Of a stretch of 64,000 bases of DNA, positions 20,576-30,699 are shown piece by piece. The first letter of the stretch is position 1. The number at the start of each line of letters is the position of its first letter. A program made the translations under genes and the position numbers. A model generated the notes under the pieces. It did not search any database. It was not told the origin of the DNA and was given only the letters and a program-made list of their open reading frames with translations. This DNA is from Promethearchaeota archaeon (GTDB taxonomy: Archaea; Asgardarchaeota; Lokiarchaeia; Sigyniarchaeales; SOKP01), in contig JBHLNF010000001.1 of NCBI GenBank assembly GCA_048937405.1, positions 624,785 to 688,784 on the forward strand, given 5' to 3'.

Positions 20576-21400
20576 ATGAAAGTAAAATTTAAATTTCTTC
20601 CTGAACACTATCGTATTTATACATTATTATACAATTCTTTTGTTTCAGTTAAAAGCATAATAGGAATATTTCTTAGTGGTAGTAGTGCTACTGGGAAAAT
20701 GGATAAGTACAGTGATATTGATATTGGTATCGTATTTGATTCAATAACAGCATTAAATACTTTTTGGGATGAACGCTGGAAATGGGATGTTCCTTCTTGG
20801 TTTCATCGATTTGATGCTGATCACATAAAAAAATTTTTTGTCATTTATTTTTTTGAACCGAATATCAAGGTAGATATCGCACTATATTTTATAGAAAATC
20901 TTCCTCCTTTTCATGGAGCACCATATTACGTAGTTTATGATCCAAATAATAGATTAAAAGATTGGAGTATTATAACAAATAAAAAATCAAGGGAAAATAT
21001 TGATAATTATAGAATGAATCTTGCTGATATTATTCATGATGACGAGCGTTTCTGGGCATGGCTTTTTTACTCTTACCAACATATCGCTAGAGGTGAATAT
21101 TATAAAATCACAACAGAATTCGAAGCATTAAGGCAAATTATTGAGAATTGGTATTCTTACTTTGTTTATAAGACAAGTTTCACTACTAAATACTTTGAAT
21201 TTTCTAAGAAAGACAAATTTTTAAATATTATGAAAAATCTGTTTCCAATCCCTGATAAAGAATCACTATTGAAAGCATTTAGATCACTGATTGCAGTATA
21301 TCAAGATTTAAGAGAATTAGTTGAGTCTGAATATTCAATTATATGGAAAATCAACAAAAAATCAATTGATAAAATCAAGACATACTTTAATTCATTATAA
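20576..21400 (+). CDS. Pol-beta-fold nucleotidyltransferase (ANT(6)/LinB-like architecture)
   Basis: GS...D.YSDID motif, third Asp in KVD, C-terminal helical bundle with ARGE. Confidence 0.82.
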   Translation: MKVKFKFLPEHYRIYTLLYNSFVSVKSIIGIFLSGSSATGKMDKYSDIDIGIVFDSITALNTFWDERWKWDVPSWFHRFDADHIKKFFVIYFFEPNIKVDIALYFIENLPPFHGAPYYVVYDPNNRLKDWSIITNKKSRENIDNYRMNLADIIHDDERFWAWLFYSYQHIARGEYYKITTEFEALRQIIENWYSYFVYKTSFTTKYFEFSKKDKFLNIMKNLFPIPDKESLLKAFRSLIAVYQDLRELVESEYSIIWKINKKSIDKIKTYFNSL

Positions 21401-21405
21401 AAAAT

Positions 21406-21416
21406 TATGTCACATA
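21406..21416. promoter_or_regulatory. Palindrome TATGT-C-ACATA (copy 2)
   Basis: Ends 35 nt before ATG 21451. Confidence 0.65.
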
Positions 21417-21450
21417 CTATTTTTAACACCTGAAAGTTGAAAATTTAATT

Positions 21451-22467
21451 ATGCTTAAAAAATATCATCCTTACTTAAGAGACATTGGATTATCTGAAGT
21501 ATAAATTAAATTATATGATTATATTATAGGGAATAAAAGTGGAGCGGTTATAGAATTAAAGGAAGAATTAAACCTCTCTTATTCCCAAGTAAATTACAAC
21601 TTGTCAGTTTTAGAATACATGGGATTGATTTTCTCAACTAAGAGTGAAAAAAATAAAATATTTTATAGAATTGATCCTAAAATTACCTTGACGAAAGTCT
21701 TGGAAGATCGAGTAAAAAATTTCAAAAAACAAATAGATAAAATAGAAGAAAAGGTTAATATTGAAGAAAGCATTCAAGGAGTTTGCCTGAAGAATGTTCC
21801 TTTTTACCATTATTCGGATTTAAATTTGGCTGTGAATAATTTTTTTGAATTAATTGAAAATTCCTCTCAAGAGATTATTTTATCTTCATTACGACCAATA
21901 ATTTTAAAAAAAATCGAATTCGTTCTATATAATGCATATATGAGAGGGATGCAAATCAAATTATATTTCTCTAATGCGGATTTTGATATGATTAACAATT
22001 ATTTTAATTTAATTACAGATATTTTAAAAAGAATTAGGATTGAATTAATTCAAACAGAACAGAGAACGTGTCAAATTATTAAATATAATGATGATATTGT
22101 GAATATGGGAAATATTATATTAGATGAGAATTATCTAAACTCTATTGTCTTTAAAGAAGATGAAATTTTTCATGTAGATGGATTCCAAGGGCCTTTTGCA
22201 AAACAGGCAAAAAATTACTTAGAAGTACTAACAATTATAAAAAGAATAGAAATTGAATATCCTGAACCAATTAAGAAAATCTTAAATACCATCAGAGAAA
22301 CTGAAACAATTAAGACTAGGGATCTTAGTAGTAAATCAAAAATCGGGGGTTCAAAATTGAAGGATATCTTGGAATTTCTAATTGATAAAGGTTTAATTGA
22401 AGAAAAAATTATAAAAGGAGAACAAGCAGGACGACCCAAAAAAATATATTCTATAATAGAAAATTAG
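21451..22467 (+). pseudogene. Second TrmB paralogue with in-frame TAA at codon 18
   Basis: ATG 21451 gives MLKKYHPYLRDIGLSEV*IKLYDY, collinear with the paralogue MLKNYYPYLRDIGLSEIQIQLYDY. TAA at 21502-21504 replaces CAA, and the frame continues into ORF 21601..22467. Confidence 0.85.
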
Positions 22468-22893
22468 AAATCGATAATTTTTGTCGAATATATCTCTAAT
22501 ACGTAGAATATGAACTTTTTCTGTTATATATCTTTACTTAATTTATTTTTTTGTACTTTTAGCACGACTAATAGATTGTAAGACTTAAACCTAAATATAC
22601 AAATTTGTAATATTGATATAATAGTTCATATTTTTTCATATGGATTATTAGAAAATTAGTACACTGTATTGGTTTATTTTTAAAAAAAATTGAAAATATT
22701 ATTATGTCTAAAGCAATAAGCTATTTTGATTGGCAACAATCTTTTAGAGATAAATCTAAATCAAAAAAGTTATTAAATCATAAAATGACTAATTCTATTG
22801 GTATTTCTGAAAATTTATTTAAAAATTTTATAAAAAAATGGAAAGAAAAGAATTTTACTTAAAAAATATTATTAAAAAAATTTAAGTATTATT

Positions 22894-24594
22894 TTAGACT
22901 TCTTCTCCTCTTCTTTTTGCTTCAGTCTCTTTTAAATCCTTCCTAAGAACTTTGCCAGTAAAGGATTCTGGAAGTTCTTTTCTACATTCAATGTATTTCG
23001 GTATTTTATATGGAGCCAAATTTTCAGTACAAAATTTTTTTATTTCATTCTCTGTTTCTGGTGAGTCTGAATATCCCTCCTTCAGTACAATATAAGCTTT
23101 AACTTTCTCGCTTCCGGGTTTTTCAGGATCAGGAACTCCAATAACAGCACATTTTTCAACACATTCATATTCAAACAACAAATCTTCAATTTCTCTTGGA
23201 AATACTTTACGACCACTTATATTTATCATATCTTTCTTTCTGTCTACGATGAAAAAGTACCCATCTTCATCCATTATTGCAATATCACCAGTAAGAACCC
23301 ATCCATCTTTCAATTGGTTAGCAGTAGCTTCAGGTTTATTCAAGTAACCTTTAAAGACCTGAGGACCTTTTATCATTATTTCGCCTCTTTCACCTTGAGG
23401 TACAATTTTAGTATTATCCTCAATTTCAACTAATTTTACTTCTGTATCTGGAACTGGTATTCCTACAGAACCAATTTTTCTATTTCCACTAAGGGGGTTA
23501 GTAATTGTTGTTGGTGAGGTTTCAGTCATACCATATCCTTCTACAATAACAGCTCCGGTTCTTTCTTCAAATTCTTTTAAAACTTCTGGAGGCATTGAAG
23601 CAGCTCCTGTATTACAGACTTTTAATGCTCTAAGATCTTTAGCATAATCTTCAAGATCATCACGTTCTAGTAATCGCATATAAAATGTAGGTACTCCTGG
23701 AAAAGTTGTAGGATGAGTTGCTTTTACTATTTCAAATAAAGATCTCTGATCCCTTGGATCATGGTGCAAAGCAAGAGTCCATCCTTGAGATATACCCAAA
23801 TTCATACCAACTGTTTGACCATATATATGAACTAAAGGCATACTAACAAGAACCGTCTCTTTACCTCTTTTAAGAACTTTTTTTGACCAATGCTGCATCA
23901 TTATAATATTTGAGAGGATATTGAAGTGTGTAAGCATTGCTGCTTTCGGTAATCCCGTAGTACCAGCGGTATATTGAAGGCATACTAGGTCTTCTTTTGC
24001 ATTTGTTGTAAATTTAGGGGGATTGGGTTTAGTTTTATTTGTTAAGTTTAGGAGTTGCAGGGTTTCTGGTATTTCGGGAGGCTCTCTTTTACCCATGGGA
24101 TTAGCGTTTGGAGCGTAATCAAAGATGTTACTTACAATTACATGTCTAAGACGAGTTCTTTCTTTTACTTTACCAACTTTATTTAATTGGTTATCCCAGA
24201 CAATAATTATTTCTGCTCCTGAATCATTTAATTGATATGCTAATTCATGTTCTGTATAGAGAGGACTAACTGCAGTAACAATACATCCTGCTTTTAAAAT
24301 ACCATAATAACTAATTATAAATTGTGCAAAATTTGGCATCATTAGAGCAACAACATCACCTTTTTTAGCCCCTAAGTTTACTAATGCCGTAGCAAGTCTA
24401 TCAGCTAAATCTTTTAACTTTTTATAAGAGATTTTCTCTTTCAAAAACCAAATAACTGTTCGATTTCCAAATTCTTTTACTGATTTATCTAAAAATTCAC
24501 TAATATTCATTTCAGGATAATCAATAGTAGTTGGAACTCCTTCGTCATAATATTTTAACCAAGGTTTACTTGCATAGGGATTATTTTCACTCAT
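22894..24594 (-). CDS. Long-chain acyl-CoA synthetase (AMP-forming)
   Basis: YTAGTTGLPK, EGYGMTE, LTGD, DRKKD, GKVLR. Confidence 0.94.
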   Translation of the reverse strand: MSENNPYASKPWLKYYDEGVPTTIDYPEMNISEFLDKSVKEFGNRTVIWFLKEKISYKKLKDLADRLATALVNLGAKKGDVVALMMPNFAQFIISYYGILKAGCIVTAVSPLYTEHELAYQLNDSGAEIIIVWDNQLNKVGKVKERTRLRHVIVSNIFDYAPNANPMGKREPPEIPETLQLLNLTNKTKPNPPKFTTNAKEDLVCLQYTAGTTGLPKAAMLTHFNILSNIIMMQHWSKKVLKRGKETVLVSMPLVHIYGQTVGMNLGISQGWTLALHHDPRDQRSLFEIVKATHPTTFPGVPTFYMRLLERDDLEDYAKDLRALKVCNTGAASMPPEVLKEFEERTGAVIVEGYGMTETSPTTITNPLSGNRKIGSVGIPVPDTEVKLVEIEDNTKIVPQGERGEIMIKGPQVFKGYLNKPEATANQLKDGWVLTGDIAIMDEDGYFFIVDRKKDMINISGRKVFPREIEDLLFEYECVEKCAVIGVPDPEKPGSEKVKAYIVLKEGYSDSPETENEIKKFCTENLAPYKIPKYIECRKELPESFTGKVLRKDLKETEAKRRGEEV

Positions 24595-24722
24595 TTTCTT
24601 AAAACCATCTAATACATAATTTTTAAATTTACATTTGTGCTTATTAATAAAAATTTCGATCCAATAATAAGGTTATGGCTAATCTTTAATTCCATTTTAT
24701 TAAGAAAAAGTTAGGAAATATA

Positions 24723-24811
24723 AAAACTATAGTTTTAATAGTTAAACTAAATACTATTTGGGAATTTGAATAATTAAAAAAGAGCATTTTAGATTCAAAA
24801 ACTATAGGTTT
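24723..24811. promoter_or_regulatory. Two copies of palindrome AAAACTATAG(T/G)TTT upstream of the acyl-CoA synthetase
   Basis: Perfect 14-bp palindrome at 24723-24736 and a 1-mismatch copy at 24798-24811. Confidence 0.5.
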
Positions 24812-25055
24812 ATTTAATACCTCCTTTTTCTATCTCACTGACAGAAGAGTTGTGTATAAGACGTAAACTAAAAATCTTTAAAATAAGAAACAACATTATT
24901 CATTTCTTTAACTTTAGGATGCTAAAATAGAAATGAATGAAATATTTTCAATATACTTAAAATTAGATTGGATCTATTAAATAAATTAATTTAATACTCT
25001 ATAAATTATATAAAAAGTTTAAGTAAAAATTTCTCGTTCTGATAGTGGTTATTCT

Positions 25056-26483
25056 TTATTCTCCGGATAATTCATCAAGAGCATTAATAGCTGATTCACA
25101 CACATAATCACATTTATCATGCACTAATTCATTTAGTATTGATACCACTTCAGTTGTATTCTCACCTATTCTCCCCAAAGCTTCAGAAATTCTCCATCTG
25201 ACATCTGGACTTTTATCATTTAATGCATTGATTAATGATGGAATAACTATTTTTGATGGTGATCCAAATTTCCCTAAGGCAAGAGCAGCTTCCCGACGAA
25301 CATTCTTTTTTGGATCTTTTAATGCTCTTTCAAGAGCGTGTATGCCTTTTTCCGATTCCGGTCCAATTTTACCTAGTGTTCTTGCAGCTTCAACACGAAT
25401 TTTACTCTTTTTCGAGAGAGGATCATTAAAAAATGTTGAAAGAGCTTTTCCTATTCTAGCAAAAAATGCTTGTGGAAGTTCATTATCTTGATCTGGATGA
25501 TTTAAGAAAGCTATAATATTTGGAATTACCTCTGTAGCATCTTTACCAATACCCCCTATTGCGGAAATAATTAAAACTTGCATGTCTTTATTTGCTGCTT
25601 CAAGAGCTTTAATTAAAGCTGGAAGGCTATCTTTTCCGATATTTCGAAGCGCATCAGCAGCTTTTCCTCTCACAGCTTCTATCCCGTCTTTTAATAAATT
25701 AGATAAAGTATTTATAACTTCTGGATTAGCTACTTTCATTTCACTTAAAGCATCAATAGCTCCAATTCTAACATTTTTATTCTTATGGGTTAATACTTCT
25801 ATAAGACTAGGAACAGAATCTTGACCAATATTAGCCAATGTATTTATAACTCTATATTGAACTCTCCAATCTTTATCTTCCAATGATTTTATCAGTTGAG
25901 GGATAGCTATTGTAGAACCTATTCCGATCTTACTAATTGAATTAGCAGAAGCTGTTCTAACAGCCCAACTTAAATCCTTAAGACCTTTTATTAATTCTGG
26001 TAAAGCATCTTTAGCAGAAGGACCAAAATTTCCAAAACTAGTAGCAATTTCAGTTCGAACTTCGTCACTTTCATCCTTGAATGCTTTAATTAAACTTGAA
26101 ATTGCTTCATTAGTTGCTTCTCCTATTTTACCTAAACTTATTGCAGCTTCTTTTCGAATGGACATTTCTTTATTTGATAGCATTTTTGATAAATTGGGTA
26201 TTGCATTTTTAGCAGCTTGACCTATGTTCCCCAAAGACCGTACTGCTTCTCTACAAATACTCCAATCATCATCCTCTAAAAGGTTAATTAACTTAGGAAC
26301 AGCAATTTCTGATTTTGCGCCTACTTGTCCTAAGACGTGAATTGAATTGAATTTTATAGATCTTATTGAACTATCCATATAATTAATAACTTGATTAATT
26401 ACTGATGGATCTTTTTCTATTCTAGATAATACCAGATCAACTCTGGCATCCCTTAACAAATTTTCTAATGACGGTTCAGACAT
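25056..26483 (-). CDS. HEAT-repeat (PBS-lyase-like) protein
   Basis: Many VRxxAAxALGxIG...AIPxLIxxLxD units. Starts 11 nt after livF with a GGTGA RBS. Confidence 0.92.
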   Translation of the reverse strand: MSEPSLENLLRDARVDLVLSRIEKDPSVINQVINYMDSSIRSIKFNSIHVLGQVGAKSEIAVPKLINLLEDDDWSICREAVRSLGNIGQAAKNAIPNLSKMLSNKEMSIRKEAAISLGKIGEATNEAISSLIKAFKDESDEVRTEIATSFGNFGPSAKDALPELIKGLKDLSWAVRTASANSISKIGIGSTIAIPQLIKSLEDKDWRVQYRVINTLANIGQDSVPSLIEVLTHKNKNVRIGAIDALSEMKVANPEVINTLSNLLKDGIEAVRGKAADALRNIGKDSLPALIKALEAANKDMQVLIISAIGGIGKDATEVIPNIIAFLNHPDQDNELPQAFFARIGKALSTFFNDPLSKKSKIRVEAARTLGKIGPESEKGIHALERALKDPKKNVRREAALALGKFGSPSKIVIPSLINALNDKSPDVRWRISEALGRIGENTTEVVSILNELVHDKCDYVCESAINALDELSGE

Positions 26484-26494
26484 TTTTTCATCAC

Positions 26495-27208
26495 CTAAAT
26501 ACCTAAATATGCTTCTTTTATTCGAGGTTCTTTCAATAATTCTTCTTTTGTCCCGCTCATTTCAATTTTTCCTTCTTCGAGGATATGAATTTTCTCTGCA
26601 ACATCTAATGCTAAAACAGCGTCTTGTTCAACCAATAATGTAGTTGTTCCTTCTTGTTTTATTTTTTGAATTGCATCAAAGATACTTTGTTTGACTTTTG
26701 GGGCTAAACCTAGTGAAGGTTCATCTAATAAGAGTAATTTTGGATTTGATATGATTGCACGAGCTATTGCTAACATTTGTTGTTCACCACCACTTAGCGT
26801 TCCAGCCCGTTGTTTTCTTCTTTCTTTTAATCGAGGAAATAATTCATAAATAAAATTCTTCAATCTCTTGATTTTACTCTTATCTTTTAGTAGATATGCC
26901 CCCATCTTAATGTTATCTTCAACACTCATATCATAAAACAATCTACGCCGTTCAGGACAATGTGAAATTCCTTTTTTTGCAATAGCATAAGCTTTTAAGC
27001 CATCTATTCTTTCATTTTGGAATTCTACTTTTCCTCTGTAAGGTTCTTCTAAACCAGATATAACCCTAAGAAGAGTAGATTTTCCTGCTCCATTTGGACC
27101 AATGACAGCATCTAATGAATTATCTTCTATACTGATATTTACTTCTTCAAGCGATTTTGCACTCCCATAATAATGATAAATTCTTTTTAATTCAAGCAAA
27201 TCCTTCAC
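26495..27208 (-). CDS. livF: Liv-type ABC transporter ATPase
   Basis: GPNGAGKS, PERRRLF, LSGGEQQMLAIARA, LLLDEPSLGLAP, VEQ. Confidence 0.93.
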   Translation of the reverse strand: MKDLLELKRIYHYYGSAKSLEEVNISIEDNSLDAVIGPNGAGKSTLLRVISGLEEPYRGKVEFQNERIDGLKAYAIAKKGISHCPERRRLFYDMSVEDNIKMGAYLLKDKSKIKRLKNFIYELFPRLKERRKQRAGTLSGGEQQMLAIARAIISNPKLLLLDEPSLGLAPKVKQSIFDAIQKIKQEGTTTLLVEQDAVLALDVAEKIHILEEGKIEMSGTKEELLKEPRIKEAYLGI

Positions 27209-27932
27209 CTCTTCCTAAATATGCTTCGAGTACAATTTTATTCCTGGATACCTCTTTTGGGGGTCCATCAGCAATAAATTTACCTTGATGCATAGCAATA
27301 ACTCGAGGAACTAATGCCATGAGTTCTCGTAAAACGTGTCCAGTCATAAAAATTGTGACACCTTCGCCATGCAATTTTTTAATCAAATCAGTTACCCCCA
27401 CTTGTTCTTCAAAAGAAAGACCACTAAATGGCTCATCAAGTAGAAGTAATTCAGGATTACTTCCAATTGCTTTAGCAATCTGTAATTTTCTCAAGTCACC
27501 ATGAGGCAAAACTATGGGAGGGACTCCAGCTTTGTCTATAAGTCCAACTGAACGTAAAATTGAACTTGCATATTTTTCAACACCCATTTGTCTTGATATA
27601 GCTTTCCCTCTCTTTGAAAGACATGAAACTTCAACATTATCCAATAAACTTAAAAATTTAAAGGATCTTACTAATTGAAATGTTCTAGCAATTCCTAAAT
27701 TTACTATCTTAAAAGGTTTTTTCCCAGAAATGTCAATTCCATCAAAACGAATTGATCCTGAGGTGGGTTTCTCCAAACCGCTTATAAGATTGAATATAGT
27801 TGTTTTTCCAGCACCATTTGGACCTATCAAACCGATAAATTCTCCACGCTGAATTTCAAAACTAAAGTCATTGACCGCTGTCAAACCGCCAAACTTTTTT
27901 GTGAGATTTTTAACCTCTAAGATTACACCCAT
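27192..27932 (-). CDS. livG: Liv-type ABC transporter ATPase
   Basis: FGGLTAV, GPNGAGKTT, GIARTFQ, LLLDEP, AYLG. Confidence 0.93.
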   Translation of the reverse strand: MGVILEVKNLTKKFGGLTAVNDFSFEIQRGEFIGLIGPNGAGKTTIFNLISGLEKPTSGSIRFDGIDISGKKPFKIVNLGIARTFQLVRSFKFLSLLDNVEVSCLSKRGKAISRQMGVEKYASSILRSVGLIDKAGVPPIVLPHGDLRKLQIAKAIGSNPELLLLDEPFSGLSFEEQVGVTDLIKKLHGEGVTIFMTGHVLRELMALVPRVIAMHQGKFIADGPPKEVSRNKIVLEAYLGRGEGFA

Positions 27933-27976
27933 TTGTTTAATTCCTCTTTAATTGAAATTTTAATTTATATTGATTT

Positions 27977-29005
27977 TTATCTTCCTAATAATACATCCCA
28001 TAGTTGTTTTAAATGTTCTAAAATAGGTTCTAAAATACCCCGACTAGCAAATCTTATAACAATTAATAATATAACAGCAAAGATTACACGTACTAAATTT
28101 AGTTCAAATCCTATTTCAAGAAGAATATATTCCATAAAAACGATAAAAAATGCGCCTATCAATGACCCCTTTATTGATCCTATTCCACCCAAAGCTGCCA
28201 TAATTATTGCAAGAAAAGAAATACTCATGCCTAAATTTCCCGCTGGATTTACAGTTTGATAGTGCAAACCGTAATAAATACCCGAAAGTCCACAGAACGC
28301 CGCACATATCATAAATGCTAATAGTTTATATTTTGTTGTGTTAATTCCTGAAGCTTCTGCTCCTAATTCATCATCACGAATAGATTTTAGGATTGTACCA
28401 AACTTTGACCTAGTAATCTGCATTAAAAGTATAAATGAAATTATTACAGAAATGTATAATATAAAATATTCGATAATTGGATCAGTGGATAATTTGGGAA
28501 GACCTGATATTCCTTCAAATCCATAAAACCATTTATCAAGTGTACCCATAGTAAATAACTTAAGTATTATAAAACTAAGCGTAATCGTTATTAACATGAG
28601 GTATGGGCCTTTTGTCTTTAAAGACGGTATTCCTACAAGAAATCCTATAAAAGTTGTCCCTATTACAGCGAATATTATAGCTACCACCATATTCGCCCCC
28701 GCTTCGTGAATGAGTGCACCACCTATATATCCACTTAACCCAAAAAAGATAGATTGACCAAAATTAGTTTGTCCAGCAATACCAGTGATTAGATCCCAAC
28801 TTGCAGCTAAGATAGCATATATAAAGAAAAAAACCATTTGAGATAGAAAATAATGTTGAAAATCTGGTTCTTGAGATAAAAACGGTAAAATAAAAAGAAA
28901 TAGTATACAGAATATAGTTAAAGCGCCACTAAAACTCTTTATCCAAGATGTCAAATAATTCTTTGATTTGGATATTTTATTTATTGTTTTGTTTTTTAAG
29001 GTCAT
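27977..29005 (-). CDS. livM: Liv-type ABC permease
   Basis: G.AGQ.NFGQ, GPYL...T, SIRDDE..AEASGIN, GGIGS..G. Confidence 0.9.
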   Translation of the reverse strand: MTLKNKTINKISKSKNYLTSWIKSFSGALTIFCILFLFILPFLSQEPDFQHYFLSQMVFFFIYAILAASWDLITGIAGQTNFGQSIFFGLSGYIGGALIHEAGANMVVAIIFAVIGTTFIGFLVGIPSLKTKGPYLMLITITLSFIILKLFTMGTLDKWFYGFEGISGLPKLSTDPIIEYFILYISVIISFILLMQITRSKFGTILKSIRDDELGAEASGINTTKYKLLAFMICAAFCGLSGIYYGLHYQTVNPAGNLGMSISFLAIIMAALGGIGSIKGSLIGAFFIVFMEYILLEIGFELNLVRVIFAVILLIVIRFASRGILEPILEHLKQLWDVLLGR

Positions 29006-29054
29006 TTTTCATTTTTCCTCTATTTTTTTTATCTTTTAATTATACTTTTTTTAT

Positions 29055-29942
29055 TTATAGTTCCTTCTTACCAAACAATCCATAAGGTCTGATTAAAAGC
29101 ATTATAACAATAACTACTAATGGGACTAAAGTTTCCCAAGCTTCTCCAGCAGGAATAAAAACAAGAGTAAATTTGGAAGTAAATGAAATAAAGTACGCTC
29201 CAACGATACTTCCTTTCAGACTTCCTAATCCTCCAAAAATGACTATTGCCATTGAACTTGTTAAAGTCTGCCAACCCATAGAAGGACCAGTTAGATTCTG
29301 ACTTGGTACATATAATACAGCGGCTATTCCTGCTAAAAATGCTGAGATTATAAATGTAATTAAGAGAATTCTGTCAGAGTTTATACCCATAAGACTGGCG
29401 GCCTCTCTATCTTGTGAAACCGCACGAATTGATTTTCCAAGTTTTGATTTATTAATAAAAAGTCCGAATATTCCAACAATTAACAGCGATAAAACTATAA
29501 GTAAAAGATTTTGACGGTCCATTTGTCTTCCTAAAACCGTAACATATCCACGTAACATTCTTAGTTCCTGAACAGGTTCAGGTTGGGTACCCGAAATATG
29601 TAGCACTGCTAATTCTATTAAAACAGCAAGAGCAAAAGTTATCAATATCATATTTATAGTAGAATTTTGTAAAGGTTTGACTAGAACGATATATGTCAGG
29701 GCACCTATTAATGTTATTAAACTCAATCCTAAAATTACTGTTAAAATTACAAAATCTTTAAAAATATTACTCCATCCTAAAATCCATAAAAAAAAATATC
29801 CCGCTAACATATAATAGTGACCATTAGCTAAATTATTCACACCCCCTACTCCATAAACTAGTGAATAACCAAGAGCGATTAATGCTAATATCGAACCCTC
29901 AACTAAACCTAAATAACACATATAGACTATATCATCTAGCAA
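29055..29942 (-). CDS. livH: Liv-type ABC permease
   Basis: ALIALGYSLVYG...NLA.G, G.SIRAVSQDREAASLMGIN, GGLGS..G, RP.GLFG. Confidence 0.92.
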   Translation of the reverse strand: MLDDIVYMCYLGLVEGSILALIALGYSLVYGVGGVNNLANGHYYMLAGYFFLWILGWSNIFKDFVILTVILGLSLITLIGALTYIVLVKPLQNSTINMILITFALAVLIELAVLHISGTQPEPVQELRMLRGYVTVLGRQMDRQNLLLIVLSLLIVGIFGLFINKSKLGKSIRAVSQDREAASLMGINSDRILLITFIISAFLAGIAAVLYVPSQNLTGPSMGWQTLTSSMAIVIFGGLGSLKGSIVGAYFISFTSKFTLVFIPAGEAWETLVPLVVIVIMLLIRPYGLFGKKEL

Positions 29943-30699
29943 TATACTCGACTCAAAAATTTTTCAATTAATAAATATTTCTGTTCCATCTTTTATAAAT
30001 CTTCTTCTTCTTTTAGACAATTTTTTGAAGGAATTTATTTACAGATTTGTATTTAAGGTAAGAGTATGAAATTAAAATTTGATAAAAAATTTGCTAAGTA
30101 CATTAATTTCAATAAGAATAAAGCACTAAGTTCTATTAAACTGAATTTTCCTTTTTAGATATTATAATAATTTACTGGAGTTTAGAGTTAATAATTTTTT
30201 AAAAATTCTTATCCTATTAAATGGAAAAAATATTAATAGTATAGAATAATTGGTGACTTAAAAACAATAAAAACCTTAACAAAATGTGGAAATATAGAAA
30301 TACTAATAAAGGTTACTCTACATTAGAAGTATCAATTCTAGTTATAAAATTCAAATTGAGTGAGATCTCAACTCAGTACTTAATATAATGAATTTTTTTA
30401 GTATCAATAATTATCTATAGTTTCCTATCACAAAAAACCTTTGTAGATGAGAAATTATTTATAATGCAATAGAATAGTTTTTTACGATATAGATACAACC
30501 CATATTAGATATGAATATTTACCTATAGAAAGCGACTATTTTTGGTTCTGTGTAATTTAAATATATAACTTGGAGTTCAAAATGATACTGTTTTAGCTAT
30601 ATTCGAATAATTTAGTCAATATATATGATTGTTGTATTAGATTAAAATTTAAGAAAAAAAAAGAATTTTTTATTAAAAAATTAGCTATTGGTTTTTAAC

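Noticed and set aside
21502-21504. Stop-codon recoding (Sec/Pyl or alternative code)
   Set aside because: The codon is TAA, aligned to Gln, and TAA terminates many genes in this window.
30066-30158. 30-codon + strand ORF in the liv spacer
   Set aside because: Short, no clear RBS, and composition matches AT-rich noise.
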